Assembly (NCBI GenBank): GCA_963674865.2 | Contig: CAXXYE010000009.1 | Span: 1,504,001 to 1,568,000 of the forward strand | DNA length: 64,000 bases | Reading direction: 5' to 3' | Source of the DNA: Candidatus Hydrogenedentota bacterium | Lineage (GTDB): Bacteria > Hydrogenedentota > Hydrogenedentia > Hydrogenedentales > SLHB01 | Part shown: positions 51,569 to 60,663 of the stretch, piece by piece | Position numbering within the stretch: position 1 is the first letter of the stretch | Layout: each line of letters opens with the position of its first letter | The notes under the pieces: model-generated | Databases searched by the model: none | What the model was told of the DNA's origin: nothing | What the model saw: the letters and a program-made list of their open reading frames with translations, nothing else | Translations under genes and position numbers: made by a program

Positions 51569-52840
51569 CTATACGTGCCAGGGAGCGCGCATCGGCTGAT
51601 CGATGAGGCGGTTCGCGGCATCGTCCCCCACAAAACGTTGATTTTCCGGATCGAAGCGAAGATTCCGGCCGAGCCGGACGGCGATTTTGCCCAGGTTGAC
51701 GAGCGTGCAGGAGCGGTGCCCGTTAGACTCATTGAGAGCGAACTTCCGCCGGTTCCGCACGGCCTCGTAGAAATCCGTCACCTGCGGCTCCGGGTCGGGG
51801 AACGCGGCGAGCTTCTCCTTGAGGTGCGGGATATCCGACTCAAAGCCGCGGAAGAGTTTACCGTCCGGCCCCTCGATGTACGGCACATTCTTGTCTTTGC
51901 CCTCGCCATCGAGAATGATCTCGCACCCGTCGGCGTATTTCATGCGGATGCGCCGCCAGGAACTGACGGCGTCCGGGTGTTGCTGAGGGGCATCCACCTC
52001 GATCTCCACCGGGCTCGTATCATCCTTGCCCAGGAAGTATTGCACGGGATCGATGTAGTGCTGGCCCATGTCGCCCAAGCCGCCGCCGTCATAATCCCAG
52101 TAGCCGCGAAACGAGCCGTGCACCCGGTGTGGGAAGTACGGCTTATAGGGCGCGGGCCCGAGCCAGAAATCATAGTCCAATTCGGGCGGCACAGGCTCCG
52201 GCGGCACGTCGGTCTTGCCGCTCCAGTAGAACTTCCAGCCGAATCCCGTTGTCTCGCCGATGGTAACCTTCAGCGGCCAGCCCAGCATGCCGCTCTCCAC
52301 GAGTTTCTTGATGGGCGCAACCGTTGTCCCGAATCCGTAGAAGCCGGAGCGAAAGCGGAACCAGGTGTTCAGGCGGAACATGCGCGCGTTGCGCTGGATG
52401 GCCTCCACCACGCGCTGGCCCTCGCCGATGGTGCGCGTCATAGGTTTCTCGCACCACACATCCTTCCCGGCCTCTGCGGCCGCAATCGATATCAGCCCGT
52501 GCCAATGGGGCGGCGTGGCGATGTGGACAACGTCGATATCGGGCCTCGTGAGCACTTCGCGGAAGTCGCGATAGCCCTTGACGCCGTCGGGAGCGGCTTC
52601 GAGTGCCTTTCTGAGATGGCCTTCATCCACATCGCAGGCGGCCAAGAGCCTTGCCCCACCGTAGCGCATGTGGCCTCGGCCCATGCCGCCGACGCCGATG
52701 ACGGCCTTCGTCAGTTCCTCACTCGGCGGAATATGGCCCGGCCCGCCGAGGACGTGGCGCGGGACGATGTTGAACGCGCCGAACGCTGCGGCGGTTTGCT
52801 GGATGAATCGACGGCGCGATAGGGGCGTCTTCTTCGGCAT
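51569..52840 (-). CDS. Tat-exported Gfo/Idh/MocA oxidoreductase
   Basis: RRRFI Tat motif, IGVGGMG, ATPPHWH, CEKP and GDMGQH. Confidence 0.92.
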   Translation of the reverse strand: MPKKTPLSRRRFIQQTAAAFGAFNIVPRHVLGGPGHIPPSEELTKAVIGVGGMGRGHMRYGGARLLAACDVDEGHLRKALEAAPDGVKGYRDFREVLTRPDIDVVHIATPPHWHGLISIAAAEAGKDVWCEKPMTRTIGEGQRVVEAIQRNARMFRLNTWFRFRSGFYGFGTTVAPIKKLVESGMLGWPLKVTIGETTGFGWKFYWSGKTDVPPEPVPPELDYDFWLGPAPYKPYFPHRVHGSFRGYWDYDGGGLGDMGQHYIDPVQYFLGKDDTSPVEIEVDAPQQHPDAVSSWRRIRMKYADGCEIILDGEGKDKNVPYIEGPDGKLFRGFESDIPHLKEKLAAFPDPEPQVTDFYEAVRNRRKFALNESNGHRSCTLVNLGKIAVRLGRNLRFDPENQRFVGDDAANRLIDQPMRAPWHV

Positions 52841-52967
52841 AATGGATTCCTTCCCAGTCGCGGGATAGCCACGGCAACTGCCAAAGCCCGGATTGTACTC
52901 CTCGACTCTCCGGGCTTCAAAGCCAATCCCGGCATGGGTGTATAATGCAGGGCGAAGGGGGCAAACG

Positions 52968-53663
52968 ATGGACAAGCATAAGTTGCGCGCGTACGTTACC
53001 TCGGCCGCGTTGATTACGGGCAACCTCGTCCCGCTTTGGGGGGTGTTCTTCGGAGGGTGGAACGTCGCCGTCCTCTTCCTGCTCTATTGGCTGGAGAACA
53101 TCGTCGTCGGCTTATTCAGTATCCTTCGGATGGCCACCTGCTGGGATCCGGCCCAGGGGCGCTCCGAGAACCTCCGCATGAAGGCCCTCACAATTCCCTT
53201 CTTCATCTTCCACTACGGCGCCTTCACTGCCTGGCACGGCATCATGCTGTATGCCTTCTTCCACGATCTTCTCAAAGAAGCCGCGACTTCCCCGCTTCCG
53301 GCCTTGGGGGCTTGGACGTGGCTCGGATGGCGGCCCGGCGGCGAGTTCCTTCTGGCGTTAGTCTCATTGGTGGCCAGCCACACGCTCTCCTTCATCTTAT
53401 TCTTCCTGGTGAATGGGGAATTCCGGAAGGCGAAAGCCCCGAACGAGATGCTCCGGCCCTACGTGCGGATTGTCCTGCTGCATGTTACCATCCTCGTCGG
53501 CGCCTTCCCGGTGGCGCTCACGGGCCAGGCATCGTGGGCGGTGGTGCTGTTTGTGGCGTTGAAGATCGGCATGGACTTGCGGGCCCACTGGGCCGAACAC
53601 AAGTCCCGTGCCCAGGCGGCCGGAGAGGGAGAGACTGCCGCGGACGGGGTGATGTCCGATTGA
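52968..53663 (+). CDS. DUF6498-like membrane protein
   Basis: NLVPLWGV..GW, LYWLEN, FFIFHYGAF..H and PYVRIVLLHVTI motifs. Confidence 0.75.
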   Translation: MDKHKLRAYVTSAALITGNLVPLWGVFFGGWNVAVLFLLYWLENIVVGLFSILRMATCWDPAQGRSENLRMKALTIPFFIFHYGAFTAWHGIMLYAFFHDLLKEAATSPLPALGAWTWLGWRPGGEFLLALVSLVASHTLSFILFFLVNGEFRKAKAPNEMLRPYVRIVLLHVTILVGAFPVALTGQASWAVVLFVALKIGMDLRAHWAEHKSRAQAAGEGETAADGVMSD

Positions 53664-53682
53664 CGGGATCGCCTCCCTCCCC

Positions 53683-54645
53683 TCAGAAGCGGACGCTCTT
53701 CAGGGCCATGTAGTAGAGCCAGTGGCCGAAATCGTTGGGGTGGTTGATATTGTTTGCCAAGAGGCTCGAAGGATCCTTCCGTTCGAGCACCTTGCTCCAC
53801 ACGGCGAAGACGTCGGCGTAAGCGCTTGCAGTACGCTCGGCCACGGCTTGTGTTGCGTCGGCATACAGCACCATACGGTGGGAATTGTGCACCCAATCCG
53901 GGTGGGGGGGGAACGCGGAGAACAGCAAGATCTCCGCGCCGGTACGCTCGCGGATGGCGGTGATCATGCCAACGAGGTTGTCCTCGAACTGCTTGACGGG
54001 CACGCTCCCGGTGTTGTTGTCGTTCATCCCGAAGCCAACAAGGACGAGGTCCGGCTGCCGCGTCAAGACCTTCTCTTCGAGGCGCGCGACCCCTTGTTTC
54101 GTTGAGTCGCCTCCCGTGGCGCCGTTCTCGAGTTCGACCTTCGCCTGGGGGAAGGTCTCGGTGAGGTAACGGGCGTATCGATCGGGAAACTGAAGACGCG
54201 GTGTGGACGCCTCCCCGCCGCAAGTGATGCTGTCGCCGTAGGCGATCACTTTGAAAGGCCCCCCGGCGCGCAATGCGGCTCCCGTCTTCGGCAGGCGCTC
54301 GGCCTGATTGCTCTCCTCGGCGAAGGGACGTCCATGGCTTGTCTCGTAATCGACGTACACGAAGAAGTCGTGGTTGCCGTAACCAGGGAACTGCGTGTGA
54401 TCGAACTTTTTCTGGCCGTACAAGACGTTGGTGCTGAAGTCGGGGATGCGCGAATCGGTGGCGCGGGCAAGCGTCCCGCGCTCCGCATCGAGCACGTAAT
54501 CGCGGCCCGATTCGTAGAGAATCGTGTCTTCCAAGCCCGGTTCGTAGGTGCTTCGGGCCACCACTGACTCGGGCGCGACGCCATCGAAACAAAGGTTGCC
54601 CGGTTCGGATTTACTGAGTACTAGACTGTCGCCGTTAATCTTCAT
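53683..54645 (-). CDS. SGNH/GDSL hydrolase
   Basis: YGDSIT, FGMND and INHPNDFGH motifs. Confidence 0.88.
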   Translation of the reverse strand: MKINGDSLVLSKSEPGNLCFDGVAPESVVARSTYEPGLEDTILYESGRDYVLDAERGTLARATDSRIPDFSTNVLYGQKKFDHTQFPGYGNHDFFVYVDYETSHGRPFAEESNQAERLPKTGAALRAGGPFKVIAYGDSITCGGEASTPRLQFPDRYARYLTETFPQAKVELENGATGGDSTKQGVARLEEKVLTRQPDLVLVGFGMNDNNTGSVPVKQFEDNLVGMITAIRERTGAEILLFSAFPPHPDWVHNSHRMVLYADATQAVAERTASAYADVFAVWSKVLERKDPSSLLANNINHPNDFGHWLYYMALKSVRF

Positions 54646-54735
54646 GATCTACTCCCAGAGTAGCCGGCAAAACACTGCGCGGCTTCTTCCAATGAAACAT
54701 GTAGGGAGAGGCGGCTTCCGCCTGCCTGCCCATTC

Positions 54736-56772
54736 TTAACGGTATTGAAGGACCACCACACGATAGACCTCCGTCGACGGGACACTCACGCTCTGCTCAA
54801 GCTCCCTTCCCGTGAGGGTGAGCGATTCGCGCGCCGCACCCGGCCCCTCCGTCCAGGCGCCTTCGACGCGCCACCCTTCGATGTCCGGCGCCCGCAGCGA
54901 AAATGCCGGCGCCGGGCCGGGGGGCGGCGTGCTGGACATGGACGTGCAGCCGTAGTTTACCACGTGGACGACGACGCGCTTGTCCTTGCGGATGATGAAT
55001 GGCCGCAGCCGCGCGGCGTGGATGGCGCGCGAGTCGCTTAGGGCGAGGTCGTGCCCGGCCATCTCAACGATATGATGGGCCAGAGGCGCGGGCTCCGTTA
55101 GATCGACGTGCGAACACGCGGCGAGGGCCTCTTCCTGTTTCTCGCGCGACAGGTCGAGGAGGTTGTCGAGTTGGACCTCGTAGTAATCCACGAATTCCAC
55201 CGGGGGCAGGCCGCCCGGCCCGATGGCGAGTACGGCTGAGCCGTCCAACGCGCCTGGCGGGATTGCGCGTGCTCCGGGATTGATGACGACGGAGAAGCGC
55301 CGACGCGACAACTGGCTCGGTGTCACAATGTCGTACGGGATGTGGCTTCGGCCCAGGGCGCGGCATACGGCGTACACCAGGCGAAGGTGTTCGTCATTAT
55401 TCCGCAGGATATCGTCGAGTGAATAGAGCACGCCGACTTCGCAGAGGGGCTCTGCCTGATCGAACAACTCCCAACGCTCATCGAAGAAGGTTCGATAGAG
55501 GTTCACCGTATCGGCATCACGGCGCCCGGCGCACCAAGCCCCCGTGTTGGCCGACGCGACCTCCGCGAATCCCAGCAAACGTTGGCTTGGATCGTCGCGC
55601 GTGTAGGCCAGCAGGGCCGGTTCGACGCCGTGGGCCGCGCAGGCGCGGAGGAGAGGCCAAAACTCCTCAACAAGGCCCGGCGCGATGTACCCATGGCTTC
55701 CTCCCTCCTCGAGCATCTGCCAGACGGCGCCCGGTTGCCAGCGGATGAAGTGGTGGCCCAATTGCCGCCGAGTGGCGAATTGCCTGGCCGTCATCGACAT
55801 GCCCCAATTCGCCACGACAAAAAAGTTGGGATTGTGGCGGCGCCCCGCCTCCCGGACGCGCAGCAGCATGTCGCCGTTCGTCTGTGCCCAGAAAGCCTGG
55901 CTCGCCTCCCAGAGCAGCGTGGCCCATGGATCGACGGGAAACGCCTCGGTGTCTAGTGGCGGCCCGGCGGACAATCGCCCCGAGGTGGCCCGGCGCATGG
56001 CCGGCCCCGTGCCCTGTCCGTCATCGCTGTAGAGCATCGTTTGCTCGATGGGCAGGCATTCCTCCAATTCGGCCAAGCGATGGCCGTAGTGCTTGCGGAG
56101 AAACGCGCGGAAGCCCCGCTGGCATTGGGGGCAGTAACACTGGACGAGGTTGTCATCCGAGAACACGGCGTCATAGCCTGCCTCCGCGATGAGCCCGGCG
56201 CATATCTCGACGAAGCCCAGGCGGCCCTCACGGCGCAGGCACGGCTCATAGCGCGAATAGGGCGTGTCCGTCGAATACGGCGCGAACGACATTACATCAC
56301 GCTGCATCCAGTCGAAAGGATCATCCTTGGTGAGCCTATCGCATCCGAGGTCCGCGAACTCATCCAGACGCCGCCAGAAATGGAAGAACCCCTGCGCGGC
56401 TGCCGCGTCCCCGCCGTAGCTGAAGAAGTTGTGGGTGATGCACTCGTCCACGGAGCCGCCGATGATCGACGGATTCATGTAGGGAAACACCTTGCCCACC
56501 CCCGCGTCGTGGAGGCGGTTAGTGCCATTGCGAAGATCCTCCACCTTGCGCCGCACCTCGCCCGGCCCCGCTTCATGATCCGGTAGCCACCCCGAGTAGC
56601 CTTGCGTAGTTCCCCAGATGCTGTTGAGCGGCACATCGTGGGCGTGGTGGAGGAAGTCCGGCGCGGCGTCGCGGAGGGCCTCGGCCCACGCCTCATCCAC
56701 CGTCGCGCCTTCCTCGCCGGCGCAGATGTAAGTCAGCGGCCCGCGCGGCAGGCCATCTTCCCGGTAATGCAC
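54736..56772 (-). CDS. Hypothetical GH42-like protein
   Basis: YDAVFSDD..CYCPQCQRGFRAFL (Zn site), EVGVLYS and HIPYDIV trimerisation-like segment. Confidence 0.55.
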   Translation of the reverse strand: MHYREDGLPRGPLTYICAGEEGATVDEAWAEALRDAAPDFLHHAHDVPLNSIWGTTQGYSGWLPDHEAGPGEVRRKVEDLRNGTNRLHDAGVGKVFPYMNPSIIGGSVDECITHNFFSYGGDAAAAQGFFHFWRRLDEFADLGCDRLTKDDPFDWMQRDVMSFAPYSTDTPYSRYEPCLRREGRLGFVEICAGLIAEAGYDAVFSDDNLVQCYCPQCQRGFRAFLRKHYGHRLAELEECLPIEQTMLYSDDGQGTGPAMRRATSGRLSAGPPLDTEAFPVDPWATLLWEASQAFWAQTNGDMLLRVREAGRRHNPNFFVVANWGMSMTARQFATRRQLGHHFIRWQPGAVWQMLEEGGSHGYIAPGLVEEFWPLLRACAAHGVEPALLAYTRDDPSQRLLGFAEVASANTGAWCAGRRDADTVNLYRTFFDERWELFDQAEPLCEVGVLYSLDDILRNNDEHLRLVYAVCRALGRSHIPYDIVTPSQLSRRRFSVVINPGARAIPPGALDGSAVLAIGPGGLPPVEFVDYYEVQLDNLLDLSREKQEEALAACSHVDLTEPAPLAHHIVEMAGHDLALSDSRAIHAARLRPFIIRKDKRVVVHVVNYGCTSMSSTPPPGPAPAFSLRAPDIEGWRVEGAWTEGPGAARESLTLTGRELEQSVSVPSTEVYRVVVLQYR

Positions 56773-56809
56773 GGCGGCTCCTCCCTTGGTGCCCGGCGCC
56801 GACGCCCTC

Positions 56810-57802
56810 TCAGGCTACAGGCTTGCTCGTGATAAGGCCGATCCCGCGGCCGGCGTCGCTCACGGCGCAATAATACATGTAGAACATGCGACTCTTCGCC
56901 TCGTAAACGAGGGAGATCTTGTGGGCGTACTTGGCGTCCAGGCCGTAAGGATGGCCGCCCGCCCTGTACAGCGGCTCAGGATGCGAAGTCCAGTGGTACA
57001 AGTCCCGGGAGAAGGCGGCCATGATGTGAGCGCCGCCCCGCCCAACTCCGAAATAGAACATCACCCAATGATCGCCGTCTTTGAAGACCTTCCCGTCCGA
57101 GCAGAACTGCTCATCATAGCTGCCCGATCCGCCATTGCGGATGACGGGATTGCCCGCGTAACGCGTCCAATGGACTAGATCCTCGCTCGTGGCGAGTCCC
57201 GTCTGCTCGATGGCGCCGTTGGCCGCGTTGTAGAAGTCCCAGAACCGGCCGTCGTGCTCGACGAGCCACGGCTGATAGATGCAGTCCTTCTCCCACTCGG
57301 CCGCGCCCTCGATCGACAAGATGGGCGTGTCTTCCGAGGCGCGTTCCCAGGTGAGGCCGTCATTGCTCCACGCAAGGCCCTCAGCGCCGGGGCGCAACTC
57401 GTAGCCGCCTTGGCGCGGATAGCAACCGTACAACGCCCAGTACTTGTCCTCGAATCGCTTCAGCCGTCGCGGCGCTTTCACGTCGTAGGACTCCAGCAAG
57501 AGCCCGCCAAAACTGACGCCCCCGTAGTCGAACGCGCCGGTTTTGCCAAAGCTCATGACGAGGCCCCGCGGCGTCCAATGGACGAGGTCATTACTCTCTG
57601 CCACGGCGGTCTGGTAGCCGCGCCCGTCGAAGCCCGTGTAAGACATCCGCCATGTTTCGTCCCGCTGCCAGACGAGCGGGCAATCGACCTTGCTGAATCC
57701 CAGGCCGTCGTCGGGACTGGGGGGGAGGACGTAGTCAGGGAAGTAGTGCCAGTTACGATAAGGCTCGGCCCAGCCGTCGATGGTTGTGCGATCGATGTCC
57801 AT
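56810..57802 (-). CDS. Five-bladed beta-propeller glycoside hydrolase (GH43/32/130-like)
   Basis: Repeated A.S.DL.HW blades, YQPWLV and GIGLITS. Confidence 0.8.
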   Translation of the reverse strand: MDIDRTTIDGWAEPYRNWHYFPDYVLPPSPDDGLGFSKVDCPLVWQRDETWRMSYTGFDGRGYQTAVAESNDLVHWTPRGLVMSFGKTGAFDYGGVSFGGLLLESYDVKAPRRLKRFEDKYWALYGCYPRQGGYELRPGAEGLAWSNDGLTWERASEDTPILSIEGAAEWEKDCIYQPWLVEHDGRFWDFYNAANGAIEQTGLATSEDLVHWTRYAGNPVIRNGGSGSYDEQFCSDGKVFKDGDHWVMFYFGVGRGGAHIMAAFSRDLYHWTSHPEPLYRAGGHPYGLDAKYAHKISLVYEAKSRMFYMYYCAVSDAGRGIGLITSKPVA

Positions 57803-57927
57803 GAACGGTAATCCTTGCGTGTTGGCCGGAGACGATACCAAGCCGGGGGATTCCACGGCAAACCGAAGAATGGCCCCCAACTCCGCACGTGAGCGTGGTT
57901 CTGCATCCCAAGCACGCGCGCCGGAGA

Positions 57928-58033
57928 TTGTGGCGCAGGCATCCTGCCCGCCGGCGGCGCGCTTGCCCTTTGTCAAGACCCGCTTGCCAAAGCTTCGAGA
58001 AGGGCCCTATTGTGGTGCGGGCTTCCAACATGC
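57928..58033 (+). repeat. Two degenerate REP-like direct repeats
   Basis: TTGTGGCGCAGGCATCCTGCCCGC (57928-57951) and TTGTGGTGCGGGCTTCCAACATGC (58010-58033), 17/24 identical. Confidence 0.35.
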
Positions 58034-58375
58034 ATATTCCCGCGATTGGCGTAAAACCTGCCCGGCCTACGTGCGGATTTGGACTGCCGTGATGATATGT
58101 CGATTTGACAGAGCCCGACACACGGCCCTGCTTGCCATCGCTCTAGCCAATGGGCGGCGCAAGGAAGCCCACTTTGGCGGGCGATATGCTCTAGCCCACG
58201 GCCTAAGCCGTGAGGCGTGTTTGTCGTCCCCCAACAAGCCCCGCCAGGGGCGACATATGGAGGCATTACCGGTGATTCAGGTATTGCAAACGACCCCGGA
58301 AAGCGTCTACATTGCAGCCGCCCCGCTCCGGTGGGCAGGCAAGTACCTTTGGGCGCATCAAGAGGGTGAGCAATC

Positions 58376-59974
58376 ATGAATCTGAACGTGCAACAAAACG
58401 GCGTGATCGAGTTAACGTTTCTATCTTCGGGGCAATACGGCGATCCGTACAATGACGTGGATTTCGACGTGGTATTCACCGCCCCCGACGGCGCCGCATT
58501 CCAAGTGCCTGGCTTCTGGGCCGGCGACAACCGATGGAAGGTGCGCTTCAGCGGCAGGCTTGAAGGAGAATATGCTTTCGAGACACGCGCGTCGGCCGAG
58601 GACGATGCCGGCATTCACGGGCAGACAGGCACGATCTCCGTCCATCCGTACAGCGGCGCCAATCCGCTGCTCCGCCACGGCCGCCTGCACGTAGCCGCCG
58701 ACCAGCGCCATTTTGAGCACGCCGACGGCACGCCCTTCCTCTGGGTGGGCGATACCTGGTGGATGGGATTGACGACGCGGCTCGACTGGCCGCAGGGATT
58801 CAAGGAGCTGGCCGCCGACCGCGTAACCAAAGGCTTCAGCGTCGTCCAGATCATCGCCGGGCCGTATCCTGACATGGACGCATGGGATCCCCGGGGCAAG
58901 AATGAGGCGGGATATCCCTTCGCGGAGGAATTTGCGCGCGTCAACACGGCGTACTACGACCACGCGGACCTCAAGATCGGCCACCTGATTGCTTCGGGCC
59001 TGATGCCGTGCATCGTCGGCATGTGGGGATACCATCTTCCAAAGATCGGCGTCGAAAAGGCCAAGCGATTCTGGCGGCATCTGGTGGCGCGGTACGGCGC
59101 CTACCCGGTGACGTGGTGCCTCTGCGGCGAGGCCACGATGCCCTACTACGTGTCCAAGACGAAGGAGGCGGACGCCCAGTTTCAGAAGAAGGGCTGGACG
59201 GAGGTGATGGCCCACGTCCGCGAGGTCGACGGATACGGCAACCTCATCACTATCCACCCGACGCAGTTCGGGCGCGATCAGGTGGAAGATCCCGGCCTCA
59301 TGGATTTCGAGATGCTCCAGACGGGCCACAGCGATATCGACAGCGTGGGCAACATCATCGCGGCGATGCGAAAATCAGTGGATCGCGAACCGCGGATGCC
59401 CATCGTCAACAGCGAGGTCAACTACGAGAGTATTCTGGGCCGCTGCTGGCAGAACGTGCAGCGACTCTGCTTCTACCACACCATGCTCAACGGCGCGGCC
59501 GGCCACACCTACGGTGCCAACGGCATCTGGCAGTTGAATGCGCCGGATCAGCCCTACGGCCCCTCGCCCCACGGCCGGAGCTGGGGAAGCATGCCGTGGC
59601 CCGAAGCGGCGCAGTTGCCCGGCTCGCGCCAGATGGGCCTGGGCGGGGCGTTCATGAAACGCTTCCCGTGGTGGGAACTCAAGCGGCACGCAGAGTGGCT
59701 CGACGAATCCGACAAGGAGAACGATCCCTACGGTCTGGTGGCCGTCGGAATTCCCGGCCAACTACGCATCGCCTACAGCCCCATGTGCTGGAACGCGCCG
59801 ACTATCAAGGAAATCGAGCCGGACGTGACGTATCGGGCCTACTACTTCGACCCTGTCGCGGGCGAGCAGATCGAACTTGGCCAAGCGGCCCCCGACAAAG
59901 ACGGTACGTGGACTCCGCCCTTCCCGCCCGAAGGCCACGACTGGCTTCTCGTCATGGACGCGAGGACAGTGTAG
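58376..59974 (+). CDS. DUF5060/DUF4038 protein (GH140 apiosidase-like)
   Basis: VPGFWAG..WKVRF, DGTPFLWVGDTWW, TIHP, QTGH, EVNYE and GHTYGANGIW motifs. Confidence 0.85.
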   Translation: MNLNVQQNGVIELTFLSSGQYGDPYNDVDFDVVFTAPDGAAFQVPGFWAGDNRWKVRFSGRLEGEYAFETRASAEDDAGIHGQTGTISVHPYSGANPLLRHGRLHVAADQRHFEHADGTPFLWVGDTWWMGLTTRLDWPQGFKELAADRVTKGFSVVQIIAGPYPDMDAWDPRGKNEAGYPFAEEFARVNTAYYDHADLKIGHLIASGLMPCIVGMWGYHLPKIGVEKAKRFWRHLVARYGAYPVTWCLCGEATMPYYVSKTKEADAQFQKKGWTEVMAHVREVDGYGNLITIHPTQFGRDQVEDPGLMDFEMLQTGHSDIDSVGNIIAAMRKSVDREPRMPIVNSEVNYESILGRCWQNVQRLCFYHTMLNGAAGHTYGANGIWQLNAPDQPYGPSPHGRSWGSMPWPEAAQLPGSRQMGLGGAFMKRFPWWELKRHAEWLDESDKENDPYGLVAVGIPGQLRIAYSPMCWNAPTIKEIEPDVTYRAYYFDPVAGEQIELGQAAPDKDGTWTPPFPPEGHDWLLVMDARTV

Positions 59975-60024
59975 GCGTAGGCATCATCGGAATGCGGAGG
60001 TCACTCCGAAGTGGGCGCCCGTTT

Positions 60025-60059
60025 CTCTGCGCCCTCAGCGTTCTCGGCGCCTCCGCGTT
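60025..60059 (+). repeat. Four imperfect 8-9 nt tandem repeats (CTCNGCG core)
   Basis: ctctgcgcc-ctcagcgtt-ctcggcgc-ctccgcgtt. Confidence 0.5.
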
Positions 60060-60100
60060 GGAATTCCCCCGACAACATGGGCCTCTGCGATACGGATAGG

Positions 60101-60109
60101 TGCTATAAT
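60101..60109 (+). promoter_or_regulatory. rnpB extended -10 promoter
   Basis: TGCTATAAT 8 nt upstream of the P1 helix. Confidence 0.7.
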
Positions 60110-60117
60110 TAGAGTTC

Positions 60118-60487
60118 GGGCGAGCAGGCCGGACGGCCGCGGCCTTCGAACGAAGGTTGAGGAAAGTCCGGGCTCCACAGGGCAGGGTGCTTCGTAACGC
60201 GAAGGCGGGGCGACCCGACGGAAAGTGGCACAGAAAAGACACGGCCTACGCTCCGCATGTCGGAGCCGGCAAAGGTGAAAAGGTGCGGTAAGAGCGCACC
60301 AGCGGCCTGGCGACAGGCCGGCTTGTCAAACCCCACCTGGAGAAATTCCGAATAGGGGAGCTATGGAGTGGCCCGCTCCGCTCCCGGGTAGGAAGCTCGA
60401 GGCGTGCGGCGACGCGCGTCCCAGATGAATGGCCGTCTCAGGGCGTACGCGCCCCAGACAGAACCCGGCTTACAGGCCTGCTCGCCC
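60118..60487 (+). ncRNA. rnpB: RNase P RNA, bacterial type A
   Basis: GAGGAAAGTCCGGGCTC, GGAAAGTGGCACAGAAA, GGTAAGAGCGCACC, CAAACCCC and ACAGAACCCGGCTTA conserved segments. The ends GGGCGAGCAGGCC and GGCCTGCTCGCCC pair as P1. Confidence 0.97.
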
Positions 60488-60554
60488 ATTTTCGACGATT
60501 GAGTGCCATACTGCGTGCCGGGGCGCCCATCACGCCGCCGTGAGATTTGCCCCA

Positions 60555-60647
60555 AAAACGATCCGAGGCCGGACGCTGGGGAGAACGTCCGACCTCGGGG
60601 GAGGGAATGGGTTTCGGCCGCTTCGTCTGGCGACGTGGGCCGAAACC
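60555..60647 (-). terminator. Two GC-rich hairpins between convergent rnpB and clpB
   Basis: CCGAGG-c-CGGACG/CGTCCG-a-CCTCGG, followed shortly on the minus strand by TTTTT; second stem GGTTTCGGCC/GGCCGAAACC. Confidence 0.55.
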
Positions 60648-60663
60648 TTGGTCAACTGCCACA

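Noticed and set aside
60495..60512. GAGTGCCA resembling a CIRCE half-site
   Set aside because: The other half is missing and it lies downstream of both rnpB and clpB.
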